This document shows positions 1 to 9,757 of a DNA stretch of 64,000 nt, piece after piece. This DNA is from Verrucomicrobiia bacterium. Lineage in GTDB: Bacteria > Verrucomicrobiota > Verrucomicrobiia > Limisphaerales > UBA11358. The notes beneath the pieces are model-generated. The model ran no database searches and was not told the origin of the DNA. It was given only the letters and a program-made list of their open reading frames with translations. The DNA is taken from assembly GCA_035776755.1 (NCBI GenBank), contig DASTWS010000033.1:9771-73770 (forward strand). The letters are read 5' to 3'. A program made the translations under genes and the position numbers. Numbering within the stretch: the stretch's first letter is position 1; each line of letters opens with the position of its first letter.

Positions 1-525
1 ATCGCGGGCGATTTCCGGCGAACCGACTTTTACTTTTACCGAACGGAAACCGCGTTTGACGTAATCGCGGACTTCCTCGAGCAATTCATTTTCCGAATAC
101 GACAGCCAGCCGCCGCTGCCGTAGAGCGGCACGCGATGGTGAAACGTGCCAAACATTTTCCAGATCGGCACGTCGAGCGTTTTTGCCCAGGCGTCCCACA
201 TCGCGATGTTGATTGAGCCGGCGGCCCAGCGATGGAGGCCGACGTTGCCAAAATATTCACTCTCTTTTTCGTGATGCGCCAGAAATTCGCCCGTCGCGCT
301 GACTTCGCGTCCGAGCGCCATCGGCGCGATGTCCTTGAGCGCGCCGAGAATTGCTTCCGGCGAATAATGAAACGCAAGCAAATGGCCGTCGCCGGTGATG
401 CCATTATCCAGTTCGATGCGCGTAACGATGAAGGCGATCTCCGGAATCTGATGCGTGCTGTCCGCAATCGGCCGCGACAATTTGGAAATGGCCTTGAAAT
501 ATGAAATGCGTTTAACGATTGGCAT
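1..525 (-). CDS. Enolase-superfamily (mandelate racemase/muconate lactonizing enzyme family) acid-sugar dehydratase-like protein, N-terminal 175 codons; 3' end runs off the window
   Basis: Own minus-strand translation from ATG at 525: MPIVKRISYFKAISKLSRPIADSTHQIPEIAFIVTRIELDNGITGDGHLLAF...INIAMWDAWAKTLDVPIWKMFG...LYGSGGW...VKRGFRSVKVKVG. In frame to position 1. Absent from the ORF track because there is no stop inside the window. Confidence 0.7.
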   Translation of the reverse strand, partial: MPIVKRISYFKAISKLSRPIADSTHQIPEIAFIVTRIELDNGITGDGHLLAFHYSPEAILGALKDIAPMALGREVSATGEFLAHHEKESEYFGNVGLHRWAAGSINIAMWDAWAKTLDVPIWKMFGTFHHRVPLYGSGGWLSYSENELLEEVRDYVKRGFRSVKVKVGSPEIARD

Positions 526-526
526 A

Positions 527-1195
527 TCAGAGGATGCCGTATTTTTTGAACGCCGCGGTGCTGCTCATGCCGGCTTCAATTTCTTTGCGGACCAATTTTT
601 CGCCGCGCGCTTTGGCGAGGGCGCGCTCGATGACTTCGGCTTCAACCGTTTTCGGAATCACCACGACGCCGTCTAAATCGGCAAAAATCAATTCGCCGGG
701 CTGAATCGTTACCTGCCCGATTTCAATCTGGCAGCGGAAATCTACAACTTGCGTGCGCACGGCGGAATCCTGCGCGAATCGTCCGCGCGAAAACACCGGC
801 CAGTTCTGTTCGAGCACCTTGGGCGTGTCGCGATGAAAACCGTTGATGACCGCGCCCACCGCGCCGCGTTTCTTTGCGGTCGCGGTAAGAATTTCGCCCC
901 AATAAGCGCAACGCATTTCGCCGCCGGTTGCAATATAAATTTCTCCGGGTTGAAGTTGATCGAGTGCTTCGGTCAATAACCCGAACGGTTTTTTCTGTTT
1001 ACCGAAAACATCAATCATCACGACCGGCATCGCGCGACCGGCAAGTTTCATTTCTTCACGCAACGGCTGGATCGGCTGCGGAAGAAATTGATGGGTAAAG
1101 CCGAGGTCATCGAGAATGTCGCCGACGACGGGCGTGTAAAGTTCGCGCGCGCAGAGCGCGAAGAGTTCGCTGTCGGATTTCCATTCAGTGGACAT
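527..1195 (-). CDS. RraA-family protein / class II (HMG/CHA-type) pyruvate aldolase-like
   Basis: 222-aa ORF with an RraA/dimethylmenaquinone-methyltransferase-family pattern ([39 protein letters not shown]-like [15 protein letters not shown]). Its stop lies 1 nt before the start of the downstream enolase-family gene. Confidence 0.7.
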   Translation of the reverse strand: MSTEWKSDSELFALCARELYTPVVGDILDDLGFTHQFLPQPIQPLREEMKLAGRAMPVVMIDVFGKQKKPFGLLTEALDQLQPGEIYIATGGEMRCAYWGEILTATAKKRGAVGAVINGFHRDTPKVLEQNWPVFSRGRFAQDSAVRTQVVDFRCQIEIGQVTIQPGELIFADLDGVVVIPKTVEAEVIERALAKARGEKLVRKEIEAGMSSTAAFKKYGIL

Positions 1196-1268
1196 AATTC
1201 AATTGCGCTGCGGCAATTCTCATCGCTTCAAGCGCAGATTCAAGAGGGAATATTGCGGCGATAGGCGG

Positions 1269-1901
1269 TTATTTCGTTTGCGAGGCTGCGTGTTCTTTGA
1301 TCCATTTTTCGGAATGGACGCCTTGTTTGGCCAGGTAATTGTTAATCTTTCCTTTGTAGCGATTGAAGATTGCCGATTTTTCATCCGAGCTGCCGGCGTC
1401 CATCGCTTCTTCGCGCGCTTCTTTGAGAAAGGTCAAAACCTGCTGCTTGTCCGCTTCAGAAAGATTCGGATATTCCACGCAATAACCTTTGAAAGTGAAT
1501 TCCACTTTGCCGTAGGTCATCTTGTCCTTGACGGTTTCAATTTGCGATGGCGATAAATATTGGCCGAGTTCGGCGAGATATTCCCCATGCATTTTTTTCA
1601 GTGGCGCCTCGATTTTTGCGATGGTCTCCTTGTTGCCTTTTGCTTTTTTGATGAGCGGATCGTTGGCGTTGTGCCAATCGTTCAGCGCGCGATATTGCGC
1701 CATGATGATGTCGTGAACTTTTTTAGCGGTGTTGGTATCGCCCAGGCCCAATGCGTCCACGATTTTTTGCGAACGTTCGTCAATGACCGCAGTGTATTTG
1801 GCCTCCGCCTGTTTTGACGTTCCGGTTTCAGGATTCGCATCGGCGGCGAAAATGGTCGCCGAAACACAAGCGGCCGCAATTGTCAGGATTATTTTTTTCA
1901 T
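1269..1901 (-). CDS. Secreted DUF3826-family protein
   Basis: Signal peptide MKKIILTIAAACVSATIFA. C-terminal AMDAGSSDEKSAIFNRYKGKINNYL and MTYGKVEFTFKGY motifs match my recollection of DUF3826 proteins found in pectin PULs. Confidence 0.6.
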   Translation of the reverse strand: MKKIILTIAAACVSATIFAADANPETGTSKQAEAKYTAVIDERSQKIVDALGLGDTNTAKKVHDIIMAQYRALNDWHNANDPLIKKAKGNKETIAKIEAPLKKMHGEYLAELGQYLSPSQIETVKDKMTYGKVEFTFKGYCVEYPNLSEADKQQVLTFLKEAREEAMDAGSSDEKSAIFNRYKGKINNYLAKQGVHSEKWIKEHAASQTK

Positions 1902-1929
1902 AAAATTTTGTTCGTGATTTTGTAATCAA

Positions 1930-4830
1930 TTATTGCACGGAAACAGCACGATAAAAACGCGCGGCCGGATTGGGATAACCGGGCGGCGTCAATGTTTTCG
2001 CGGATACGGCCGCCGTGAAATTGCTCCACGTTGTCCAGTTCAGCAGGTCATCGGAATCTTGCAGCAGGAAATAAAATCCTGATTCGCCGCTGGCCTGCAA
2101 TTGCGGCACGCCGCCGGAAATTGAGAATCCCAATTGCGACGCCGGATAGGCGCGGACGTGAATGCCGACGGTGTTCGTGTAGGAAAATCCCGAGGAATCG
2201 GTGACTTTGAATTGAAAACTGCCGAGGCCGTAGAAACCGGCTATCGGCGTAAAGTGCGCGATTTTTCCGGATACAAGCGAAACGCTTCCGTTCGTCGCAT
2301 TCGAGACGACATAAATCGGCGAAAAATTCGTGAAGCCGCGCGTGTATTGAGTCAGGTCAACGTCCACGCTGGAATTGCGCGTGCAATCCACATGCGGTGC
2401 GGCGAGCCAGTTCAGGTAATCTTCGAGGTCCGTGTAACCGTCGCCGTCCGGATCGGCATTGCTGTCGGAAAAATCTCCAGCCGCGGAATTCGGATCCGTG
2501 CCTTTCATCAATTCCCACCAATCCGGTATTCCGTCGTGGTCGGTGTCCGCCGGAACATCATAAGTGGCATACGGCCCCCACGGCGCATTCGTCGAATAAT
2601 TTGCCAGCGCCGAATTGGTGGATTGATAATCATGAACGTCGGTTTGCGAATCAATCAGGCCCGGATTGTCCGGCCCGCGGTCGTCTTGCAATACGCCGTC
2701 AATAGTATAGGTCGGACCATTTGTGCCTTCATAATGTGTCGTGTCGGTGATCACTTCGCCGATGAGCCGCCGGTCAATCAAATCCTGCGCCGGTTCATTG
2801 CAACCCGCATCCGACAACACCACTTTGTAAGCATTCGTTGCGCTTTGGGTGGTGACGTAGGATGGATACAGTTCCGCATTCGTCACGACCAAGCCGGTCA
2901 ATGGCAAACCGTTGTAGAATGAACCGCTCATCCAATTGTTGGCGTAATAGGATTTACCCTGCATCACGTTGCCGGTCATGTAAATGTATTCCGTGCCCCA
3001 ATTGGTATTGATGCTGTCAAGTTTCAACAGCCACGTCGCGTAAGGATTGCCGGTGTAGGGTTTGTAGTAATTGTTCACGTAATTCAAACGCGCCACGCCG
3101 CCGTCGGTCGTGCGTCCGTTGAGCCAGTTGTAAACGACATTGTTGCGGATGTCCAACGAACCGGCGTAATGCACCGAATGGTCGAGGCCGCCGGCGAGCG
3201 ACCAATTCCGGTCCGTCGAATGCGCGATCAAATTGTGATGGTAGCTGCCGATTTCACCGCTGATGGAAGCAGCGAAGGCGTGCGGCTGATAACAATTGGT
3301 GCAGCCGGTCGCCGCGCGCTCTGCGTCGTTGTAATGATAGGAATATCGCAGCGGTTCGGAAATGATGTTGTTCTGATAACTCGTCATCGCCGATTGCGTG
3401 CCGACCGCTCCGCTTTGCAACGAATTACACGCCACGTCCAACGACCAACTCGACGAACAATGATCCACAATCGTGTGCGTCGCGCTGCCCAGGCTCATTG
3501 CGTCCATGGATTGCTGCGCGCCGTCGCCAGTGCGGAAACGCATGAAGCGCATGATGACGTCGTTTGGCCCGCTCATGCCCGCGCGATAATTGGCGATGCA
3601 GATGCCGTCGCCGGGCGCCGTCTGGCCGGCAATGGTGACGTAGCCGTTGTTGATGATGCACTGCGATTGCAAACGGATCAGTCCCGAAACCCGGAACACA
3701 ATCGTGCGCGGGCCGCTCGCTTCGATCGCGGCGCGATAACTTCCCGGCCCGCTGTCATTCAAATTCGTCACTTCCATGACAATTCCGCCGCGTCCGCCGC
3801 GCGCGAACCGGCCGTAACCTTCCGCGCCCGGAAATGCCAGGTGTCGCGGACGGAAATACCAGAGATTCCCTTTGGTCACGCCGTTCGTTGAATTGATTTC
3901 GTCAATCCGCCAATAATAACTCAGAAAACTGTTGATGCCGCTCAACAGATAATTGGTGCCCGATTGCGTTCCTTTCCAGGCCGACGAAGCATGAGTGGCA
4001 TTCCTCACCGTGTCGCTGTTTGTGCCCAGATAAACGTCGTGAGAAACGGCAGTGAGCGCGGATATCCATTGCAATAACACGGTCGTGTCATCGCAATCCA
4101 CATGCTCATCGCCGTTGGCCGGATACGGCGTGTTCGCCTGGTATTGGACGTCGGGCGTATCAATTTCAAATCCGTTCAACACAACGTTTTTGGTGTCCGC
4201 AACGGCTGAAGTGTCGGCCGCAAACAGCACGGTCGTTACATCATTGGTCGAAGCGGTGCTGAAATTCAGATAAACGGTCGGCGTGTTAAGATCATTGGTG
4301 CGGATTGAAGGCGTAACGCTGGTAACGTAGCTGCCATTGAGATAAACCTTTATCGGAGCCATTGTTCCCAATTGAAGCGGAGAATCGCCGGCGTTATGAA
4401 AGGTGAGCAATGTGTGATCTCCGGGATTCAATCCGCTGATGGTCATTTGAATCTGTCCGCCCAGATTCGTCACTGCCGGAGCGACCGTGACACCGTCACT
4501 GCAAAGTTTCCATCCTTCCGTCGAAGCCGTTGAATTGTAGGTATAAGTGATGCCCGTGCCGCCCGCGCTTTGCGCCGCCGCAGTCATCGCCAAAGAAACG
4601 GTGGCGATCTCGCCGGTCGAAGGAATGAGAAAGCTTTGCGTGATGGGCGTCGTCCCGGTGCTTGAAGTGCCCGCCGCATTGGTAAACCACTGTGTATAGC
4701 CGGTTGCCGTGGTGCTCGAATTATTTTTTGCATCGCGGTTGATGTCCACTTTCAATTCACCGGCGCAAATCTGGCCGGCGGCTAAAGTCAACAGGCAGAA
4801 GCTATAACAGATGCGCATCAATTTTTTCAT
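1930..4830 (-). CDS. Multidomain secreted pectate lyase (PL1-like) with N-terminal beta-sandwich region, thrombospondin-type-3 Ca-binding repeats, Ig/cadherin-like domain and C-terminal ...RFYRAVSVQ domain
   Basis: 966-aa ORF with signal peptide. Core FPGAEGYGRFARGGRGGIVMEVTNLNDSGPGSYRAAIE...VTIAGQTAPGDGI...MRFMRFRTGD is typical of PL1. DTDHDGIPDWWE and DPDGDGYTDLEDYLN are TSP3-like repeats. Confidence 0.75.
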   Translation of the reverse strand: MKKLMRICYSFCLLTLAAGQICAGELKVDINRDAKNNSSTTATGYTQWFTNAAGTSSTGTTPITQSFLIPSTGEIATVSLAMTAAAQSAGGTGITYTYNSTASTEGWKLCSDGVTVAPAVTNLGGQIQMTISGLNPGDHTLLTFHNAGDSPLQLGTMAPIKVYLNGSYVTSVTPSIRTNDLNTPTVYLNFSTASTNDVTTVLFAADTSAVADTKNVVLNGFEIDTPDVQYQANTPYPANGDEHVDCDDTTVLLQWISALTAVSHDVYLGTNSDTVRNATHASSAWKGTQSGTNYLLSGINSFLSYYWRIDEINSTNGVTKGNLWYFRPRHLAFPGAEGYGRFARGGRGGIVMEVTNLNDSGPGSYRAAIEASGPRTIVFRVSGLIRLQSQCIINNGYVTIAGQTAPGDGICIANYRAGMSGPNDVIMRFMRFRTGDGAQQSMDAMSLGSATHTIVDHCSSSWSLDVACNSLQSGAVGTQSAMTSYQNNIISEPLRYSYHYNDAERAATGCTNCYQPHAFAASISGEIGSYHHNLIAHSTDRNWSLAGGLDHSVHYAGSLDIRNNVVYNWLNGRTTDGGVARLNYVNNYYKPYTGNPYATWLLKLDSINTNWGTEYIYMTGNVMQGKSYYANNWMSGSFYNGLPLTGLVVTNAELYPSYVTTQSATNAYKVVLSDAGCNEPAQDLIDRRLIGEVITDTTHYEGTNGPTYTIDGVLQDDRGPDNPGLIDSQTDVHDYQSTNSALANYSTNAPWGPYATYDVPADTDHDGIPDWWELMKGTDPNSAAGDFSDSNADPDGDGYTDLEDYLNWLAAPHVDCTRNSSVDVDLTQYTRGFTNFSPIYVVSNATNGSVSLVSGKIAHFTPIAGFYGLGSFQFKVTDSSGFSYTNTVGIHVRAYPASQLGFSISGGVPQLQASGESGFYFLLQDSDDLLNWTTWSNFTAAVSAKTLTPPGYPNPAARFYRAVSVQ

Positions 4831-4911
4831 GGAGTCCGGAAAGATAACACTTCTTCGGACGATTTTTCTCTCAAATTCCTGCGAAATTCCTTAAGAAAAC
4901 TGCTGTCGGCT

Positions 4912-6939
4912 TCAATGCCCGGCAAGAGGGAACCACACCGACATTTCAGAAGGCCCGCGGTTTTGCCAGACGCAATAAGGAATAAATTTTGCATGGAACG
5001 GTTTGAATTCGTCCGGCTTGAATTCGCGGTAAAGCTGGCCGCGCCAATTCCTCTCCGTCCTCGCCAGCGCCTCACCTTCCAGCACCACGATGCCATCCAG
5101 CAAATGCCGGTCATAACGCGCCGCCAATTTCATGTCTGGTGGAATGAATACGTCGGAAATTTTGATTCCCGCCGGCAGGTCCGGCGATTCCAGGCAATAG
5201 ACAATCGGCCCGCGCTGAATCGCCACCTGATTCAAATCTTCCTCGACGAGCGGATTAGCCTGCATCAGACGCGCCGGCATCGGCAAATCCAGGTCCACAA
5301 AATCGCCCGGCTTCCACGCACGCCGGATTTCAAAATAACTTTCCGGTTTCGGCGAAAAATCCGCCGGACGATCGTTGATGCGCACGCTCGCGCCATCCGC
5401 CCAATTCGGGATCCGCAACTTCAACGCAAATTCTTTTTTACCGCAGTCCACGATTTTGATCCGCACACGACCGTCCCACGGATAATCCGTTTCCTGCGAT
5501 AATTTAATTTTGTCGCCATTCGCCAACGTCGTTTCCAGATCGCTCGCGCCGTAAAGATTCACCCAAACCGCGTCGCCGGATTTTGCGTAGGCGTAATTCG
5601 CCGATTCGGCAATCGTGCGGACGAGATTCGGCGGACAGCAAAACGAACTGACATACGGCACGCGTCGGCGCGACCAACGCAATTCCGTCGGCATCGGGTC
5701 CGTCACGCGCAGCGGATTCGTGTAAAAGAAATTCGTGCCGTCGAGCGCGCCGCCGGAAAGCACGCTGTTGTAAAGCGCCAGTTCGACCACATCCATGTAT
5801 TTCGCATCGCCCGACGCCAGAAACATCCGCCAGTTCCACAAAACATTTCCGATGTTCGCGCAGGTTTCGCTATAAGCCGTCGTGTTCGGCAATTGATAAT
5901 TGCGTCCGTAGGATTGATGCACGCGCGTGATGTGCTTTTGGTCTTTGCTGCCGTCCGGCGACGCGCCGTCGTAAAGCGCGCCGCAGCCGCCGGTGAGATA
6001 CATTTTTTTGGTGACGACATTCGTCCAAATTTCTGCGAGCGGCCGCCACAAATTCGTGTCGCCGTCTTCGAGAAACAGATCCGCTGCGCCGGCGTAAAGA
6101 TAATTCGCGCGCACGGCGTGACCTTCGGCTTGTGTCTGTTGCTCGAACGGAATCCGGTCCTGGTTGTCGTCGCCGCCGTCTTTCACCAGGTCGCGCATCG
6201 CAAGAAATTTCTTCGCCAGTTCCAGATAACGCGGCTCGCCCGTCGTGCGATACAATTCCACGATGCCCATGTAATGCGAGGGGCAGATCAGATTGTTCGC
6301 CAGCGCGGGCGTCGGATTTTTGAATTCGTCGCAAAGAAAATCCGCCGCTTTGCGCGCGATTTCGAGAAAATTCGTTTTGCCGGTGACGCGATAATGCACA
6401 CACGCCGCCGTCATCAAATGGCCGAGATTATACATCTCGAAATTGAGCGGATCGGAAAACGGCGCGACGTTTGTGTCGCCGGCGCGCTGATGCAATTGCA
6501 CCCAGGTATCAATGTAGCCGTTCGTTTCCTGTGCCTGCGCGATGACGGCGAGGACTTTGTCGAGATTGCTGTCAATATAGGCGTCGTTCGTGACGGCCAG
6601 CGTCGCTTCCGCGCCTTCCAGAAATTTATAAAAATCGCCGTCGTTGAAAGTCGAGCCGTGACATTCACCTTTCTTCAGTCCGGCAACAATCTGGAAATTG
6701 CGATAATACTGCGAGTAATTCGTCCCCTCCATCAATCGCGCCATGCCGGGAACCATTTGCGTGCGGCACAATTCAAACCGGTCCGCCCAAAAACCGTCCG
6801 TCCATTTGGCTTCATTCATTCCAATGGTTCGAATTTTTGCGAACGAACTGGAATCGGTGTCCACCAGACCCGCGTCCGCCATCGAAGAAAGTGGCGCGAT
6901 CAAAATTGCCAAAGCCAGAACTGATAATTTCGTATTCAT
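4912..6939 (-). CDS. GH127 beta-L-arabinofuranosidase-family glycoside hydrolase (DUF1680)
   Basis: Contains HAVRANYLYAG, SETCANIG (Glu-x-Cys), FFYTNPL and SSFCCPPN (Cys-Cys), the Zn/Cys catalytic signature of the HypBA1 family. Start moved to MNTKLSVLALAIL (6939), just after the upstream stop; ORF-track start 6954 is possible. Confidence 0.85.
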   Translation of the reverse strand: MNTKLSVLALAILIAPLSSMADAGLVDTDSSSFAKIRTIGMNEAKWTDGFWADRFELCRTQMVPGMARLMEGTNYSQYYRNFQIVAGLKKGECHGSTFNDGDFYKFLEGAEATLAVTNDAYIDSNLDKVLAVIAQAQETNGYIDTWVQLHQRAGDTNVAPFSDPLNFEMYNLGHLMTAACVHYRVTGKTNFLEIARKAADFLCDEFKNPTPALANNLICPSHYMGIVELYRTTGEPRYLELAKKFLAMRDLVKDGGDDNQDRIPFEQQTQAEGHAVRANYLYAGAADLFLEDGDTNLWRPLAEIWTNVVTKKMYLTGGCGALYDGASPDGSKDQKHITRVHQSYGRNYQLPNTTAYSETCANIGNVLWNWRMFLASGDAKYMDVVELALYNSVLSGGALDGTNFFYTNPLRVTDPMPTELRWSRRRVPYVSSFCCPPNLVRTIAESANYAYAKSGDAVWVNLYGASDLETTLANGDKIKLSQETDYPWDGRVRIKIVDCGKKEFALKLRIPNWADGASVRINDRPADFSPKPESYFEIRRAWKPGDFVDLDLPMPARLMQANPLVEEDLNQVAIQRGPIVYCLESPDLPAGIKISDVFIPPDMKLAARYDRHLLDGIVVLEGEALARTERNWRGQLYREFKPDEFKPFHAKFIPYCVWQNRGPSEMSVWFPLAGH

Positions 6940-6940
6940 T

Positions 6941-9649
6941 TCACCGGTGCGCATCGCGCTTTTCCAGTTTCACCGTTTGCGGCACGATGCCGAGAACGAC
7001 AAAACTGCCTTTGCCGATCAATTCCAGTTTTTGTTTTCCGGCATCAAATCGAAACGCATGGACATCCACGCTCGGGCTGCTCGCGATCGCCGCCGCGTGG
7101 GCGATCACCGTGTCCACGCCGCCGCGTTCATCCGCTTGCGCCGCCGTTTCAAGTTGCGGCACCTGCAGCCACGCTTTTTGTTTGCTGTCAAAATAACCCA
7201 CTAAAACATAGACCGGTTCGCCGGCTTCAAATTCAATCGGCGTCATCCCGTCTTTCGCCTCCGAATGCGAAAAACGGATGCCGGTCAGCCCGCGCAATTC
7301 CGGCGCGAGACTTTGAATCTCGTAACCGCGATCTGTGAACACTTTTGCGCCTTTCTCCACGGTGTAAGTTTCCGCGTTCGTCGAAATCAATGTGAATGGC
7401 GCCGCCGGCCACGGTTTGATTTGCGATTCGTCCGCGGCCGGTTCCGCCGCGTGCGGATTCGCTTTCAATGCCGCGACGCGCGCCCGGAAATCGTCCAATT
7501 CCTTTTGATAAACCGGCACCAGTTGCGACCATAAATAATTCGCCGGTTTGCCGCCGACGCCGCCGCTCACGGGAATTTTTCGCTGCGAGGTCTGCATCGA
7601 ATTGGCGTATTGGTAGGTGTCCTTCGTCAATGCGACGAGTTTTTCGTAATCGGCGAAACTTTGCGCCAGATATTTTTCGGCCTGCTCCATATCGCCGATT
7701 TGCGCGCTGTAATTGTAACGTAACACCAATTCCGCCGCGCGCACTTTGTCGGCGTAATTTTGCGCCATCGCCTGGACGCAATGCGCGTCGTTGCGCAACC
7801 GCTCAAATTCAGAGCGATTGTGCGTTACCAATTTTTGCGCCGCATCGGCAGCCGCAACCGCGTTGCTCGATTCCGCCAAAACATCGGCGATGATGGAATC
7901 CGGCGTTTCGCCCACGTGCGGCTGATGATTCCATTCCTTGCGCACAAATTCATCCAGCCGTTCGCCCGGCGGCGATTGCGAGAGCCACAGATCTTCAATC
8001 GCGCCGTATTTGTTCGGATGCACCAATTCATCCAGCGTCATGCCGAGCGACAGCGTTTGCCGATTGCCTTCCGTGATTCCAAACCGCCGAATCAAGCGCG
8101 GCGCGACTTCGCCCGCAACGTCATAAGCTTCGAGAACTTTTTCCGCCGCGTTGGTGTTGCCGTATTTTTCCGCCAATTGCGAAATCCAAAACGCGTGGTC
8201 TTCCTTTTCGGGAATGTCCGGATTCCACGAATAACGCGCCCACGCCGTAAACCAGATCCAATCGCGCTGCCATTGCAATTCCGGCGGCGTGGCGATGTCC
8301 GGAGAATACGGCCAATTCCAATAGCTCAACGGATAAAGATGAACGCCGCTGGCGTCCAACCGGTCGCGCGAGGCCTGCACGCATTTCTTGATGAAATCCA
8401 CGTCGCCGTAACGGAACGGCTCGAGATTCGACAGGATGTGGACATTGACGATGTGCGGCCCAAGCTTGCTCATGGCGCGATGGATGTCCGCGTCTTTGCC
8501 GCGCGGTTCCCAGGTCGTCAGCGATTCGCCGTTGTATTTCGACATCGTAAACAGATTGGAATACATCTGATACGCGGCGGGCATGATGGCATACGGATCC
8601 ATTGCGTGCGTGCGAATGATGATGGGCGGTTCCTCTTTCAATCCGGCTTGTTTCATGCCGTCGAGCACGCCAGGCAAGATCGCGTTCGTGCACCAATCCA
8701 ATTGATTATCGGTTCCGCGCAACGCTTCGCCCAGGCAGACCAGCAAACCGATGTTCGGATAATCCTTCACAAATTCGGCGATGGATTTGCGCGTGTAATC
8801 CGTCACCAACGGCGTCGGTCCGGACAATTGCGTGGAAATGCCGTTCGTTTCGGCAAACGGTTTGGAAACGATGATGTTGTAAAACATTTGCACCAGCCAG
8901 ATGCCGCGCTTGTCGCATTCGCTGGCCAGCCAGTGATACATTTCCTGATTTTTGGCGAACACGTCGTCCGGCACTTCGACTGCATACGGATAATCTTTGA
9001 GCCGCACGAGCGACGCAAACGGATGACCGCTCCAGAGATAGAGCGTGTTCATCCGGTTCTCGGCGAGGAAGTCCAGATAATCCTTCCACATTTTCTTGTC
9101 GTAAAACCATGGGAACAATTCCGGCGTGATGGGATATTCGTAAACGTGGCGGCCCGGCAAAATGTAAGTCTTCTGCAACCCGATGCACGTGCCGCGAAGC
9201 TTCATCGCCGGCGCGTCATGAAAATTGGCAATACCGATTGTCGGCAATTTTCCTTCTTCGCGGATGCGTTTCGCCAATTCCAGGCAACCGTAAAGCGCGC
9301 CGGAATCGTCGGCGGAGGAAATGGAGAGGTCGTTGTTGTCGCCGAGCGCGAATGAAAATCCTTCGCGCGGCAATCCGGGATTGGGCCAGTGATTGATCCA
9401 AATTTTCCGTCCGGGAATTGTTTCCAAACACGTGACGACGGCGTTCAATTTTGTTCCTTTAAGCCGTTCCGCCAAAACATCCGAATCTATACTTGCCGCA
9501 TTGATGGCTTCCGCCAATTTCTCCGCACCGAATTCCACGCGCGGCGACGCGTTGGTGGCGATGACGATGGAAACCGTTTCGGCAGACGCGACCCGATGGA
9601 AACCGGCAATCAAAAATGCCAAAGCGATGAGCGGCAAAACTCTTTTCAT
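6941..9649 (-). CDS. Secreted putative glycoside hydrolase, family unassigned (GH20/GH67/GH115-like N-terminal alpha/beta domain + TIM-barrel-like core + C-terminal beta-rich domain)
   Basis: 902-aa ORF with signal peptide. DSGALYGCLELAKRI followed by DAPAMKLRG resembles the N-domain/catalytic-domain junction of GH20/67/115-type enzymes. The rest was not matched to any family by eye. Confidence 0.5.
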   Translation of the reverse strand: MKRVLPLIALAFLIAGFHRVASAETVSIVIATNASPRVEFGAEKLAEAINAASIDSDVLAERLKGTKLNAVVTCLETIPGRKIWINHWPNPGLPREGFSFALGDNNDLSISSADDSGALYGCLELAKRIREEGKLPTIGIANFHDAPAMKLRGTCIGLQKTYILPGRHVYEYPITPELFPWFYDKKMWKDYLDFLAENRMNTLYLWSGHPFASLVRLKDYPYAVEVPDDVFAKNQEMYHWLASECDKRGIWLVQMFYNIIVSKPFAETNGISTQLSGPTPLVTDYTRKSIAEFVKDYPNIGLLVCLGEALRGTDNQLDWCTNAILPGVLDGMKQAGLKEEPPIIIRTHAMDPYAIMPAAYQMYSNLFTMSKYNGESLTTWEPRGKDADIHRAMSKLGPHIVNVHILSNLEPFRYGDVDFIKKCVQASRDRLDASGVHLYPLSYWNWPYSPDIATPPELQWQRDWIWFTAWARYSWNPDIPEKEDHAFWISQLAEKYGNTNAAEKVLEAYDVAGEVAPRLIRRFGITEGNRQTLSLGMTLDELVHPNKYGAIEDLWLSQSPPGERLDEFVRKEWNHQPHVGETPDSIIADVLAESSNAVAAADAAQKLVTHNRSEFERLRNDAHCVQAMAQNYADKVRAAELVLRYNYSAQIGDMEQAEKYLAQSFADYEKLVALTKDTYQYANSMQTSQRKIPVSGGVGGKPANYLWSQLVPVYQKELDDFRARVAALKANPHAAEPAADESQIKPWPAAPFTLISTNAETYTVEKGAKVFTDRGYEIQSLAPELRGLTGIRFSHSEAKDGMTPIEFEAGEPVYVLVGYFDSKQKAWLQVPQLETAAQADERGGVDTVIAHAAAIASSPSVDVHAFRFDAGKQKLELIGKGSFVVLGIVPQTVKLEKRDAHR

Positions 9650-9757
9650 GCTGTGCCCAAATCATTCTCCAAACGGCATCGAATGCAAATGCAAAAACCG
9701 CCAGCAAAACGAAGAAATTTGCTATTTAAACCAGCCGAGGGAGAACCATTTCGCCGT

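Noticed and set aside
5893-6924. 343-aa plus-strand ORF inside GH127; similar long antisense ORFs at 33932-35068, 20712-21599, 23060-23986, 32186-33286 and 16212-17030
   Set aside because: All are antisense to genes with strong motif support and have Arg-rich nonsense-like composition.
7760-9355. 531-aa plus-strand ORF antisense to the 902-aa glycosidase gene
   Set aside because: Arg-rich, low-information sequence (runs of R, F, I, Q). The opposite frame has a signal peptide and glycosidase-like motifs.
9681-9700. TGCAAATGCA upstream of the 902-aa glycosidase gene, as another copy of the TGCAA-N-TTGCA dyad
   Set aside because: It is one nt shorter (no central base), lies only about 35 nt from the ATG, and has no GG-N10-GC element nearby.
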